From a virus (taxonomy: Duplodnaviria; Caudoviricetes), in the IMG/VR virus record IMGVR_UViG_3300034388_000038, positions 1 through 59,034 of that record: a DNA stretch of 59,034 bases; one strand, given 5' to 3'. The notes under the pieces are model-generated. The model did not search any database. It saw nothing but the letters and a program-made list of their open reading frames with translations, and was not told where the DNA came from. Position 1 is the first letter of the stretch, and every line of letters starts with the position of its first letter. This document shows, one piece after another, positions 43,584-52,281 of this stretch. Both the position numbers and the translations under genes were made by a program.

Positions 43584-44238
43584 AATTTCGCTCCTTCGCT
43601 GGCGTAAAGACCGCGCGCTCAGGACCCCATCCTCGACGGAGTCGTGTGCTGATTATCTCAGGGTAGATACTGACTTCCTCCGCCCACGCTGCGATACACT
43701 GGGCGCGCCCGCCTATCTCAAGTAGTGTGTTGTTCCTGCGGTTACGGTTGTTCTCTTTAGAAGTAGCCCACCGCACGTTACCGGGCTCGTACCCGCGGTT
43801 GTTATCGATCCTATCTAGCGTAGCCCGAGGAAATGGTGGATCGCCCATGTCAGCGTAAAAGCCTTCGAAGGTCATCCACGCATCGCATACAGTCAAACCA
43901 CGCCCGCCATAGATCGGGAACGACTTAGCCGTTTGAAGTTCGCAGCGCTGCTTCATAGCCATCCAAACACGATACAGCCGTGACTTACTGGCTCCGTGGG
44001 TACGCAGTTTCGCGCGTGTTGTCTCGATGTTTAGGCACTTACAGGACGTTGTCTTTCCTGTCGTGAGATTACTGGCATACGCAGATATAGTCTTGCCACA
44101 ATCGCACTGGCAAATCCATTTTGCAGGACGCGTAGCGCCGTCGCGCGCGATAGCAACTAGCCTACCGAACCGCCGTCCTGTGTGGTCTGTGGCTCTGCTC
44201 TGCGGACGCTTTTGGGCCGGGGAGAGAAGATCAGCCAT
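43570..44238 (-). CDS. HNH-type homing endonuclease
   Basis: G.RFGRL, W.C.CDCG, YGGRG..VC..W, TLDRIDNNRGYEPGNVRWAT. Confidence 0.85.
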   Translation of the reverse strand: MADLLSPAQKRPQSRATDHTGRRFGRLVAIARDGATRPAKWICQCDCGKTISAYASNLTTGKTTSCKCLNIETTRAKLRTHGASKSRLYRVWMAMKQRCELQTAKSFPIYGGRGLTVCDAWMTFEGFYADMGDPPFPRATLDRIDNNRGYEPGNVRWATSKENNRNRRNNTLLEIGGRAQCIAAWAEEVSIYPEIISTRLRRGWGPERAVFTPAKERNYGPR

Positions 44239-44408
44239 AATGCAATACCCAACCTTTCCATGAAGGTGAGCTTCATACGAAGCATGTGAACAATCTCTTC
44301 TGCCGAGAACTGCATGTTGCGCTCGGTGTAGCGCATGACTTCCCGCAGAACCTCTCGCTGCTGGACGGCGGTCTCCCGCCGAATCTTCTTGGCGTTCTTG
44401 TTATTCAC
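44157..44408 (-). CDS. Hypothetical protein (3' end overlaps the HNH gene)
   Basis: Coupled start; 82-nt overlap consistent with HNH insertion. Confidence 0.5.
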   Translation of the reverse strand: MNNKNAKKIRRETAVQQREVLREVMRYTERNMQFSAEEIVHMLRMKLTFMERLGIALWLIFSPRPKSVRRAEPQTTQDGGSVG

Positions 44409-44596
44409 TGAGCACCCCCATTCGAGGAGCAGAACACGAGGAACTTCGCCCGATCAAACCTTGGGTTGTCAGCCTCGAAGATGTCCGCTATTTCAGCGAC
44501 CATGCTGATCCACATCCTGCGAGCTTCGGGCTGCTCTACTCCTGGGCGTACCCTCTCCGCCATCTCCGCGAACTTGATGTAATCCTTCCTCGTCAT
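44405..44596 (-). CDS. Small phage protein (MTRKDY...DNPRFD..KF)
   Basis: Recognisable small phage motif; ATGA coupling. Confidence 0.7.
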   Translation of the reverse strand: MTRKDYIKFAEMAERVRPGVEQPEARRMWISMVAEIADIFEADNPRFDRAKFLVFCSSNGGAQ

Positions 44597-46536
44597 TTCG
44601 CTTCTCCATATCTCTGGGCTATATCACCCTCCGCATCCAGTGGCAGCCCAGGTGCCCACGCGGGCGGAGTCCTCATCACTTCGAGCATGAAAGCCAAAGC
44701 CTCCTCAGCTTCCGCGTCCGGAACACAGACCACGAGTTCGTCGTGGACCGTCAGCACGATCTTGTACCGCGCGCCGATCGTCGCCATAGCTTCGGACATG
44801 ACGATACGAGAGAGGGCTTGGTCAATGTTCTCGCAGAGTTTCCCGCCATAGATGTACTGCTTCGCTCCGCGCTTACCTATGTATGTCCAGCCATCGTCGT
44901 CTTCGTTGCGTCGTAAATTCTTATACTGTAATCGTAGCCCATTCGGTAACCAGATGCAACAGGAATCTGTTTCGATCGGCCCGAACTGCTGGCGCACACC
45001 TCGGTTCATGGCCACGATGATCTTGTCGCAGGTTCGCCAATACTGCACGATGCGATCGTTTACCCCCCGGTAGGTGTCGATCAGGAACTTGGATATGGTG
45101 GCGTGGGCCAGCAGGTCCGCACCCCTGAGCTTGGTCGTGCATTGCTTCGCATCTGAAGGCATGACGATCGGAGCGCGCAGAGTCTGGCCTTCGTCTTCCC
45201 ACTCCTCGAACAGAGCCACGCCCATCTGCTGTGACATGGCATAGTCAAAGAGAATCGGCGGAGCGCCGAGCGGGCCGGAGGCGAGCAGACTGGAGAACTT
45301 CTTCCACGACATCGAATACCCGGCGCCGAGGACGACGACCTTACCCAGCTGGCGCTCCAGCCTATCCACCTTGGTGATCGGCCGGCCGAAGATACGGCTG
45401 GCCATCTCGCAATACACGTCCTTCTTCGCAGCGAAGTCTGCCGTCAGATCATCCTGTCCAGCCAACCAGGCCAACATCCGGGCTTCGATCTGCGCGAAGT
45501 CAGCGACGACCAGCTTGTATTCTGGTGGGGCCATGATCGCTTTGCGCAGCGCACCGCCTCGGGGCAGGTTCTGAAAATTACACTTGTCCATCCCTGACCA
45601 CCGGCCGGTATTGCCGGCACCGAAGTACGCCAGGGGGACGGGCAACGCACCCCGCGTCTGCATCTCCATAAACATCTGCGTGCGGGTCTCCTCGATCGAA
45701 GACTTCACACCAAGGCGCGCTGTCGCCAACGCCTGCACCCGCTCGTCCTCATGCTCCAGCAGGGCAGTCATGCCCTCGTCGGTCTTGGCGAAGGCATAGG
45801 TCTGCTTGCCTGTGGTCAGGCTGGTCTTGAGTGGCGGCTCGACATCGTAGGTCCGCAGCAGCGCAGCGAACTGGTCGTTGCTACGCAGCGCCTTAAGCCC
45901 ATAGGGGATAGACTTGATGAGCCGCCGGCGCTTATTGCGTACCTGTCGTAGATGCGGGACGAGCGTCCGTCGATCGAGCACCATGATCGGCTCGGTGAAC
46001 ATGCGCAGGGTCAGGTCTATCACCCGCAACTCGGGGATAGGGAACCCGACCTTCAGCTTCTGAAACAGATCGTACGTCAGTTCAACATCGTTGACGCAGT
46101 ACCGTTCCATAACCTCCTGCTGCTCACGGGTCAGTCGTTCGACACCCAGGAAGTTCGCCAACTCGACGCCCTTCTCTCGCCCGAGCACCAGCTTGGCCAT
46201 GTTCGACAGCGCCCCCGACTCGTGCTGGTATAGGGCCCGGGCCATACTCAGTGTGTCGAGCAGGAACCTCGGCCGGATACCGTAGCGCTCGGAGAGAATG
46301 AACGCATCGAACATGGTGTTGTGGCAGAGTAATGCGGTGTTCGACCAGTCGATCTGACGGAACCGCTCACCAATATGGGCCACGTCTGGAACGTAGTAGG
46401 CCGGGGCATCGTTGAACTTCAGCCCCACGCCATGCACGTGGAACCGTGGGTCACGGACGTAGGCCTCGGTCGTGAGTTTTGATAATGAGTACTCGCGGCT
46501 ATAAAAAGTTTCGAAATCGGCGACGACTAAGTTCAT
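44593..46536 (-). CDS. Family A DNA polymerase with 3'-5' exonuclease
   Basis: Exo DFET, HN..FD, YC..D; motif A DFAQIEAR, motif B RQLGKVVVLGAGY, motif C VHDE. Confidence 0.92.
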   Translation of the reverse strand: MNLVVADFETFYSREYSLSKLTTEAYVRDPRFHVHGVGLKFNDAPAYYVPDVAHIGERFRQIDWSNTALLCHNTMFDAFILSERYGIRPRFLLDTLSMARALYQHESGALSNMAKLVLGREKGVELANFLGVERLTREQQEVMERYCVNDVELTYDLFQKLKVGFPIPELRVIDLTLRMFTEPIMVLDRRTLVPHLRQVRNKRRRLIKSIPYGLKALRSNDQFAALLRTYDVEPPLKTSLTTGKQTYAFAKTDEGMTALLEHEDERVQALATARLGVKSSIEETRTQMFMEMQTRGALPVPLAYFGAGNTGRWSGMDKCNFQNLPRGGALRKAIMAPPEYKLVVADFAQIEARMLAWLAGQDDLTADFAAKKDVYCEMASRIFGRPITKVDRLERQLGKVVVLGAGYSMSWKKFSSLLASGPLGAPPILFDYAMSQQMGVALFEEWEDEGQTLRAPIVMPSDAKQCTTKLRGADLLAHATISKFLIDTYRGVNDRIVQYWRTCDKIIVAMNRGVRQQFGPIETDSCCIWLPNGLRLQYKNLRRNEDDDGWTYIGKRGAKQYIYGGKLCENIDQALSRIVMSEAMATIGARYKIVLTVHDELVVCVPDAEAEEALAFMLEVMRTPPAWAPGLPLDAEGDIAQRYGEAK

Positions 46537-46946
46537 GACAACAACGCTCTGATCTTCTCGATGTTGGCGACAGCCGTGTCGTTCATGCGCAGCGTCTCAA
46601 GGGCCTCGTCGATCTGATCGATCTGGTCTTCGAGCTGCTTGCGGATGGTACGCAGGATCGCCGCCGGGTCCTTGCTGCCGACCTCGACATGGGGTGGAGG
46701 AGTAGCGAGCACAGGAGTTGGTTGCTTTGTCAGTGCATCGACCCGAGCGATCCCCAGAGGAGTGAACTGATACAGGGTGTCAGGGCGCCGTCCGCTGGCG
46801 CAGAGATGCCCGTAGGTCATCCCGTTGCTAATCATCGCATCCGCGTATCCAGGTTTTCTCGTTATCTTGCGAGCTTGCTTGCGAGTGAAGGGGCTCTCGC
46901 CAAACCTTGCGTAACATGCTAGAAACACATCAGTTGTAGCGCTCAT
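46533..46946 (-). CDS. Hypothetical protein, possible winged-helix + coiled coil
   Basis: YQFTPLG wing-like motif; coupled. Confidence 0.55.
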   Translation of the reverse strand: MSATTDVFLACYARFGESPFTRKQARKITRKPGYADAMISNGMTYGHLCASGRRPDTLYQFTPLGIARVDALTKQPTPVLATPPPHVEVGSKDPAAILRTIRKQLEDQIDQIDEALETLRMNDTAVANIEKIRALLS

Positions 46947-47500
46947 GACTTCGCCTCCTTCTTGAGTTCGTGCAGCACCAATGCCATCGTGTTGAACATG
47001 ATACCGTAGAGTGCGTCCATGTCGACGCGCCCATCACGATGAGCCAGCCAAGTTTCCATGTAGTGCCGAGCCAAGGACTTCATCAGTTGGTCAGGCGGGA
47101 TGCCCTTCTGCCAGTTGTCCGAAGCGCGCAGCTGCCCGTCGCTCTGCTTGCGATGCTTGTGCATATACTCGGCATAGGCGCGCAGCACATGCGGAGAGAG
47201 GAATCCTTCGTAGTCGAGCTTGTTCTCGTCGGTGTCCCGCGTAGCGCCGGATGGAAAGATGCGAACCCCCGGAACCCACGGGGTTTCCACGAGCCCATCG
47301 AAATGTATCGGCTCTCCACAGGCTTGCCTAACGTTAGGCAAAACCTCAGTTACAGCGGCAACTTCCTCCGGCAAGATCGTCGCCCGAGTCATGTCGACCA
47401 GTGCTGTGGGACAGCCGCAGATCATGCAGCGAATCCCGTGCCCCCATTCGGCAGTGAAGTCTTTCTCGCACTGTGGGCAGTATCTCATTTGGCGCGCCAT
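46943..47500 (-). CDS. Zn ribbon + DUF5664-like dNTP diphosphohydrolase
   Basis: CPQC..CGC; F.SGA.RD....K.DY, DNWQKGIP....SL.RH. Confidence 0.7.
   Translation of the reverse strand: MARQMRYCPQCEKDFTAEWGHGIRCMICGCPTALVDMTRATILPEEVAAVTEVLPNVRQACGEPIHFDGLVETPWVPGVRIFPSGATRDTDENKLDYEGFLSPHVLRAYAEYMHKHRKQSDGQLRASDNWQKGIPPDQLMKSLARHYMETWLAHRDGRVDMDALYGIMFNTMALVLHELKKEAKS
47325..47340. promoter_or_regulatory. Palindrome copy 4 (intragenic, encodes LPNVRQ in an interdomain linker)
   Basis: Exact TGCCTAACGTTAGGCA. Confidence 0.85.
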
Positions 47501-47691
47501 ATTCTGTCGTCTCCTCTCTCGATGATGCCGTTGTCGATGAGTGTTGTGAACGTCTTATTATGCATGGTCTCGGACGTAACCCGCCCGACGCTGTCGACCC
47601 TGGCCAGATAGGGATGATCGGCCGCCGTCCAGATGTACCCACCGTTGCGCAGGACATCGAGGACCTTGAGCTGCTGTTTGGTCAGACGCAT
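47485..47691 (-). CDS. Small winged-helix-like protein
   Basis: LT..Q..VL..L..G...T...LI..G.I pattern. Confidence 0.55.
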   Translation of the reverse strand: MRLTKQQLKVLDVLRNGGYIWTAADHPYLARVDSVGRVTSETMHNKTFTTLIDNGIIERGDDRIWRAK

Positions 47692-47740
47692 GGCTGGGCC
47701 TCCTTATTGATAGCGAGTTCTTTGCCGTGCTTCGTGAGTC

Positions 47741-47884
47741 TCATAGGTATGGGCTCCTCTTCCCCTTCTGTCTGAACTGCAAGTAATGTTGCCAGTGAAT
47801 GGCGCAGTACCTGCGCACCCGGCCGTTGGAATCCTTGATGCGGTAGACCGCATCGCTGCTGCACTCGTCGCACTTCTCTTTCAT
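47741..47884 (-). CDS. Small Zn-finger protein (47 aa)
   Basis: CDEC...CAIH; GGAGG SD. Confidence 0.55.
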   Translation of the reverse strand: MKEKCDECSSDAVYRIKDSNGRVRRYCAIHWQHYLQFRQKGKRSPYL

Positions 47885-47889
47885 ATTAC

Positions 47890-48075
47890 TTAGGCCTCCT
47901 GTCCGTTCGCGCGCTCCCATAACTTCACACAACCAGGGTGGTAATCTGCTGGCTCGCTATCAGGGTCAAGGGCGTTGCACGCGCAACATAGAAGTTCTCG
48001 CTCCGGCGTACACCACCAACGAAAAACTTCATGCAATCCCTGCCGTTTGCCACAGCGTGTGCAAACCTCTTTCAT
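47890..48075 (-). CDS. Small Cys-rich protein
   Basis: CTRC...CCAC...HPGC; GGAGG SD. Confidence 0.6.
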   Translation of the reverse strand: MKEVCTRCGKRQGLHEVFRWWCTPERELLCCACNALDPDSEPADYHPGCVKLWERANGQEA

Positions 48076-48215
48076 CCGTTGTCCTCCATGTCGATCTTAT
48101 GCTCGACCCAGTCTTCGTATCCGAGGCGAGTGTCGCCATTCTGAACCTCATACATCCAGTCGCTGAGAGGATACAAGAAGTGCTCGTGAAATTCTCCGCT
48201 CATGTTGATAGGCAT
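48072..48215 (-). CDS. Small acidic protein (47 aa; DW.YEV.NGDTRLGY.DWV)
   Basis: Translated by hand; TAAGGAGG SD. Confidence 0.65.
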   Translation of the reverse strand: MPINMSGEFHEHFLYPLSDWMYEVQNGDTRLGYEDWVEHKIDMEDNG

Positions 48216-48234
48216 ATGTTCCTCCTTAATTAAA

Positions 48235-48325
48235 TCCACCCGCCGTGCTGTCGGTCGTGAGCCTCGGCCCCCAACACAATAGGCTTTGGCTCAACAGCGC
48301 GGGGACCATCCCCTCGGCGGATGGA
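48235..48325 (-). ncRNA. Intergenic structured RNA element (multi-stem junction), function unknown
   Basis: 11-bp closing stem, 5-bp hairpin, nested 6+5+4-bp stems, all with G-U pairs only on the minus strand. Confidence 0.45.
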
Positions 48326-48328
48326 AGG

Positions 48329-48907
48329 TTAGCCTTTTAACTCTTTGAGGCGGGAACGGACTATATCTCTCGCGTCTGCGTAAACGGCATGATTTGCCAG
48401 ATGATAACTTTCTGCATCATATTGTCTGCCCACATAGTGCTTATATGCCTTGAGTTCGTGTTCTCTTTTTGAGTCAATGAGTCTTTCCGCCTCCTCCATT
48501 CCCGCTATCCTCCCCTTCTCATAGCTGTAAGGATCGTAGCACATGGTGCGACCTGAGAGGGTGAGCGTCAATTCGTCGTTACTCTTTTGGAGCAGACGAA
48601 TCGTTGTTCGTTGACTTTCGTTTTCCTCTTCCAACTCCTTGCAGCGGGCTTCTGCTGCTTCTAGTTTTTCTCTGAGGTCAATGACCATGTTCTCAATGCA
48701 GTCTTTGGTGTATTTTGCCGAGAGCGCTTGGTATCTTTTCCTCCACTCAATCTCTTTCTCCTGCGCCTTGGCGAGTTCGGCGCGGAGACGATCGATCTCT
48801 GCAAATAGGCAAAGCAGTTTTTCCACTTGGTCCTTGAACGAGACGCGAGTCCCGATAGCAGAACAATCTTGAATGAAGTCAGGTATATCAGATATGTTCA
48901 TCACCAC
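48329..48907 (-). CDS. Coiled-coil hypothetical protein, lower GC
   Basis: GGAGG SD; AEIDRLRAEL..., heptad-rich. Confidence 0.65.
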   Translation of the reverse strand: MVMNISDIPDFIQDCSAIGTRVSFKDQVEKLLCLFAEIDRLRAELAKAQEKEIEWRKRYQALSAKYTKDCIENMVIDLREKLEAAEARCKELEEENESQRTTIRLLQKSNDELTLTLSGRTMCYDPYSYEKGRIAGMEEAERLIDSKREHELKAYKHYVGRQYDAESYHLANHAVYADARDIVRSRLKELKG

Positions 48908-48908
48908 T

Positions 48909-49124
48909 TCACCTCCCTCTCGTCAAGAGCTTGGTCTTTCGATCGTCCGCGTCGATAGGTACCAGCACCACGTTGCAGAACGCAACGCTATCCAGCGTTC
49001 GGGTCATCGTCACCGAGAGACGGTAGGTCTTCCCGACGTCCAGCCAATCGATCGGTACGCTGCATCCGGCCCGGCCGTCGGTGGCCATCAGGCAGACGGA
49101 GTTGGCGTCGTGAAGGTCAGTCAT
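48909..49124 (-). CDS. Hypothetical protein (71 aa)
   Basis: ATGA coupling with GGAGG SD. Confidence 0.5.
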   Translation of the reverse strand: MTDLHDANSVCLMATDGRAGCSVPIDWLDVGKTYRLSVTMTRTLDSVAFCNVVLVPIDADDRKTKLLTRGR

Positions 49125-49480
49125 CTCATCCTCCCAACAATCTCCACAACTTGGCGGCACTGATCGACGTCCATCATCCCTATATGGCAGAGGTCCTGTG
49201 GTATGCGGAGCTGTGTTGCCAACCAAGCATAGGCCTGGCCGCGCGTCATCGTCCTGTTTTTCCAGAGTGGGTCGAACGCTGCATGCGCAGCGAGCTTTGC
49301 CCGGCGGAGTTTAGAATCAGCCAGCCTTCCAAGAGGATTGGTTGTCCCTGCATGGCAGCCAACGTACGCATCGCACGGCGCGCATAGATAGAACTTCTTC
49401 TGGTATAGGTCAGGTCGATGCGGATAGATACGCCTGCCGTCAACCAACTGAACCTCCAGTCCGCAGTACGGACACTTCAT
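49121..49480 (-). CDS. Zn-finger protein (DUF3268-like)
   Basis: CPYCG, C..CDAYVGCH, PLG.LA...LR, AH..FD.LW, AY.WLA, CHIG. Confidence 0.85.
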   Translation of the reverse strand: MKCPYCGLEVQLVDGRRIYPHRPDLYQKKFYLCAPCDAYVGCHAGTTNPLGRLADSKLRRAKLAAHAAFDPLWKNRTMTRGQAYAWLATQLRIPQDLCHIGMMDVDQCRQVVEIVGRMR

Positions 49481-50025
49481 CTCATCCTCCCCGCGTTCGC
49501 AAGAACGACCGCCGCGTACTTCGCACTCTTCGGATTATCCAGATCGCCGTCCCCGTTGTACGCACGCAAGGCATTGATAACACTGCCGTTGTATCGCATG
49601 ACCAAGGTCTTGAACACCCACTCGGATTGCTTCGCCTGCTTGAACGGGTCGGCGCTGACCTTCCCCCACCACTTCGGCTGCACCTGCCAACCACCCCTCG
49701 ACGCACCGCCATCCCCAGGGAGGCAGAACGGATTGGCTGTTGACTCGGCCAAGGCGATCGCCGCGCACATCGCAGGGTCGTCGGTTTCCATGCAGGCAGC
49801 AGCGACGACCTCGGGGTACCGTCCGTCCTTGGTGCGGAGGAAAGAAATAATACGTCGGTGTCGCTGGGTCTTCTCATCGATCTCAGCTTGAACCTGGCGC
49901 TCGAACTCCTGCTCCGACTCGACCATGATGCGCTCGATGTGAGAGACTTTGATACCCACGACGGTGAGCATCCCGACCATACAGAGCAACGTAACCCCTA
50001 ATAGAACACGGTCAATCGCATCCAT
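49477..50025 (-). CDS. Lytic transglycosylase (SLT-like) with N-terminal TM anchor
   Basis: AIALAES, G.SRGGWQV, AL.AYNG, YA..V. Confidence 0.75.
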   Translation of the reverse strand: MDAIDRVLLGVTLLCMVGMLTVVGIKVSHIERIMVESEQEFERQVQAEIDEKTQRHRRIISFLRTKDGRYPEVVAAACMETDDPAMCAAIALAESTANPFCLPGDGGASRGGWQVQPKWWGKVSADPFKQAKQSEWVFKTLVMRYNGSVINALRAYNGDGDLDNPKSAKYAAVVLANAGRMR

Positions 50026-50139
50026 CATTTCCTCCGTGTCGGCTTGCCCCTCGGCCAGCCGCAGTTGTCGCACATGTCAACCCAGCGCGTGTGTTTGGTG
50101 CCGCAGTTTCGGCAGGTGTAACGGATTGTTGGCATGAAA

Positions 50140-50427
50140 TTATCCTTTAGCTTTGGCGATAGCGGCGCGGGCCTGTCGCATCCAATCAAACAACAAGTTA
50201 TCATCCGAGAACTTTGAGAAGGGCTCCATTACAACCTCCAGAGCCGCTAGAAGTTCCGGTGCAGCAGCGATCAAGTGCGCGTCGTGTATCCCTTCGGCTC
50301 TCTCACCAGCATTCGCGTAGCTCAAGGATGCAATCAAGCTAACTGTCGGGCTGTCAATTCGCCATGTGGGATTGCCCCGCGTATCCTCATCCTGTGACGC
50401 CCTCCATGGTCCCGGCGTGTGCTTCAT
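50140..50427 (-). CDS. Small phage protein (KHTPGPW...A.LIAAAPELL.AL)
   Basis: Widespread phage motif; GGAGG SD. Confidence 0.8.
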   Translation of the reverse strand: MKHTPGPWRASQDEDTRGNPTWRIDSPTVSLIASLSYANAGERAEGIHDAHLIAAAPELLAALEVVMEPFSKFSDDNLLFDWMRQARAAIAKAKG

Positions 50428-50442
50428 ATGTCCTCCATTCTT

Positions 50443-50484
50443 TGCCTAACGTTAGGCAACTTGTGCGGGAGCGCAGCGACGCAC
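50443..50484. repeat. Palindrome copy 5 (50443-50458) plus companion 21-mer in inverted orientation (50464-50484)
   Basis: Companion is the exact reverse complement of 53686-53706. Confidence 0.85.
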
Positions 50485-50837
50485 TACCCGCAGCACTTCG
50501 GTGCGGTCACGTAGTTCCTGATGTATGTCGCCGACGCAGTTCGTTCCGAGGCACCGCAGCGGCAACGCCAAAGCCAGATGGCATTACGGTTCTTGTCGAC
50601 GCCCTCGTAGGATATGGCAACCCAACCTTTGATCGACGTACCCTCGGGGCTTTGCTTGGCGCGCAGGCACTGCCTGCACGCCGGGTCTGCAATCTTCTTC
50701 ACGTGCGTGGCCGAGCGCTTCACGATCGCACCGCAGTCACACCGCCATCGATACCCACCAGGGACACGCTCGATAGCAACAAGGCGCCCGATACGCTGAC
50801 CGATCTGCGCCACAGGTTTGCGCCCGAGGTTACTCAT
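50484..50837 (-). CDS. Two HNH-associated GRL..W.CDCG DNA-binding repeats, no nuclease domain
   Basis: IGQRIGRL...WRCDCG and W.WRCRCG. Confidence 0.6.
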   Translation of the reverse strand: MSNLGRKPVAQIGQRIGRLVAIERVPGGYRWRCDCGAIVKRSATHVKKIADPACRQCLRAKQSPEGTSIKGWVAISYEGVDKNRNAIWLWRCRCGASERTASATYIRNYVTAPKCCG

Positions 50838-51027
50838 GGCGCATGTACTCCAGCTTCAGTGTGGTCGGCGCGATCGAATAGACCGCATGACTTCCGTGCA
50901 TGGACACGATGTGCAGCACAGACGCACCGCCCTCACGCGCAACCCAGAGACGATCATCCCCGAGAAAGTTACTGACGACGGGGGTAAAGAACTCCGGGTT
51001 GGCGGCCTTCAGGTCTTCGACATTCAT
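50830..51027 (-). CDS. Hypothetical protein
   Basis: GAGGAG SD. Confidence 0.6.
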   Translation of the reverse strand: MNVEDLKAANPEFFTPVVSNFLGDDRLWVAREGGASVLHIVSMHGSHAVYSIAPTTLKLEYMRHE

Positions 51028-51152
51028 GACTTACTCCTCGGTTAAAGGTTGGACATAGATACACCATAGGTAATCTCCTTCTCCGAGTGCGTTGGGTTAG
51101 TGAGAGCGTTGCGTGCGTTGGGCGCAGTGCGCGTCGATTGCGTTGTAAGTAC

Positions 51153-51181
51153 AGAGTACATTGATTGATTGCTATTGTCAA
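51153..51181 (-). promoter_or_regulatory. Sigma70-type promoter
   Basis: TTGACA-17 bp-TACTCT followed by a CAACGC-rich leader. Confidence 0.6.
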
Positions 51182-51218
51182 GTTTCGTTTCTTTTGTTGC
51201 TTGGGTTTGGCAGTTCTG

Positions 51219-51461
51219 TTAGTGGAACGTTGCATCGTCGGGCGTTGTCTCACTGAGTACGAAGTATTGTATGGCCTGCACAAGCGCATCGATAATCACG
51301 GGCGCGTTGATAAGAAAGCCTTCGACCTCCAGCTTCTCAGCCTCGGTCAGTTTGGATAGGGCGTCTGTCCAGATGGCCAGGTCCACGTCGTGCCGGGTCA
51401 TGATCTCGACATAACGCTCGGCCATACGCAGCGCCTCGGCAATAGGTAAGGTATCAGTCAT
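51219..51461 (-). CDS. Hypothetical protein
   Basis: GGAGG SD; helical composition. Confidence 0.6.
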   Translation of the reverse strand: MTDTLPIAEALRMAERYVEIMTRHDVDLAIWTDALSKLTEAEKLEVEGFLINAPVIIDALVQAIQYFVLSETTPDDATFH

Positions 51462-51497
51462 TGGCGAGTGGCCTCCAGAACGTGTAGCGTGGTACCA

Positions 51498-51845
51498 TTA
51501 TCCCCAACCCAGGGTCTTCGCGCTTCCAGAAACTAGCCATATACCGTGAGTCTCCCCACGCCGGATGGACAACCCCATCGTCCTTCCCGAAACGATCTTG
51601 GTACAGATCGCCCCCTTGGATATACTCATTGTCCTTGAGCTTTCGATGTCCTGTCGTGCGATTCTCCTTCGAAAGATATACAACGCCCTAGCCGTTGGAG
51701 TATACATGCCTAGCTTCCACCGACCAGCGGGTCTGCCGTATGTCCAGCTGGAGACTGAGTTCCATTTGGGAGCCCGGTCGTTCCAACTCCATTCATCTCC
51801 AGCTTGGATATATTCATTCGCCTGAAGGATTCGATACCTGGCCAT
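51498..51845 (-). CDS. Hypothetical protein, paralog of 51845-52099
   Basis: L..NE.IQ.GDE...W...GR...Y.FRRR. Confidence 0.55.
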   Translation of the reverse strand: MARYRILQANEYIQAGDEWSWNDRAPKWNSVSSWTYGRPAGRWKLGMYTPTARALYIFRRRIARQDIESSRTMSISKGAICTKIVSGRTMGLSIRRGETHGIWLVSGSAKTLGWG

Positions 51846-52099
51846 CACGCCACTCTTCTTCTGAACTGATAGCTTTTCCTTGTGGCGTTATAGTACCGAC
51901 ACAACCTACCGGAGCAATGCGAAGGCAGTCGCTTCCATGATGCCTGCTCGCCCCTGGAGTACACCATCAACTCGTAATACTCATCCCCTTCCTGCAACTC
52001 GTCGTTGTCTTTCAACTCGACGTAGACGGGCGGCTTGGGTGGCGGCGCCTTGACGTACCACGGGTTCGTGTAGTGGAGATGGGCTTTGTATTTCTTCAT
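51845..52099 (-). CDS. Hypothetical protein, paralog of 51498-51845
   Basis: L..ND.LQ.GDE...W...GR...Y.FRRR; GGAGG SD. Confidence 0.6.
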   Translation of the reverse strand: MKKYKAHLHYTNPWYVKAPPPKPPVYVELKDNDELQEGDEYYELMVYSRGEQASWKRLPSHCSGRLCRYYNATRKSYQFRRRVA

Positions 52100-52281
52100 G
52101 ACTTCCTCCGCAACGGACGGCCGATGTTGTCGACAGCAGGGACGCAGCGAACGACAGCCCCAGACCGAGGGCAATACTCAGGCACGTCGCACGAGGACAT
52201 CCAGTTATGAGGGCAGCCTCGCAGACATTCGTCTGCGTCCATCCAGTTGGGGCAGGTTCGGTTGATACAGATCGTCTTCAT
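52096..52281 (-). CDS. Cys-rich small protein ending DNIGRP (61 aa)
   Basis: ATGA coupling; paralog of 52278-52457. Confidence 0.6.
   Translation of the reverse strand: MKTICINRTCPNWMDADECLRGCPHNWMSSCDVPEYCPRSGAVVRCVPAVDNIGRPLRRKS

Noticed and set aside
46943-47500. Modified-base (2-aminoadenine or deazaguanine) genome pathway
   Set aside because: Only a DUF5664-like hydrolase is seen; no PurZ, QueC/D/E, FolE or DpdA-like gene recognisable
48235-48325. tRNA gene
   Set aside because: No TTCGA T-loop, D-loop or cloverleaf geometry on either strand
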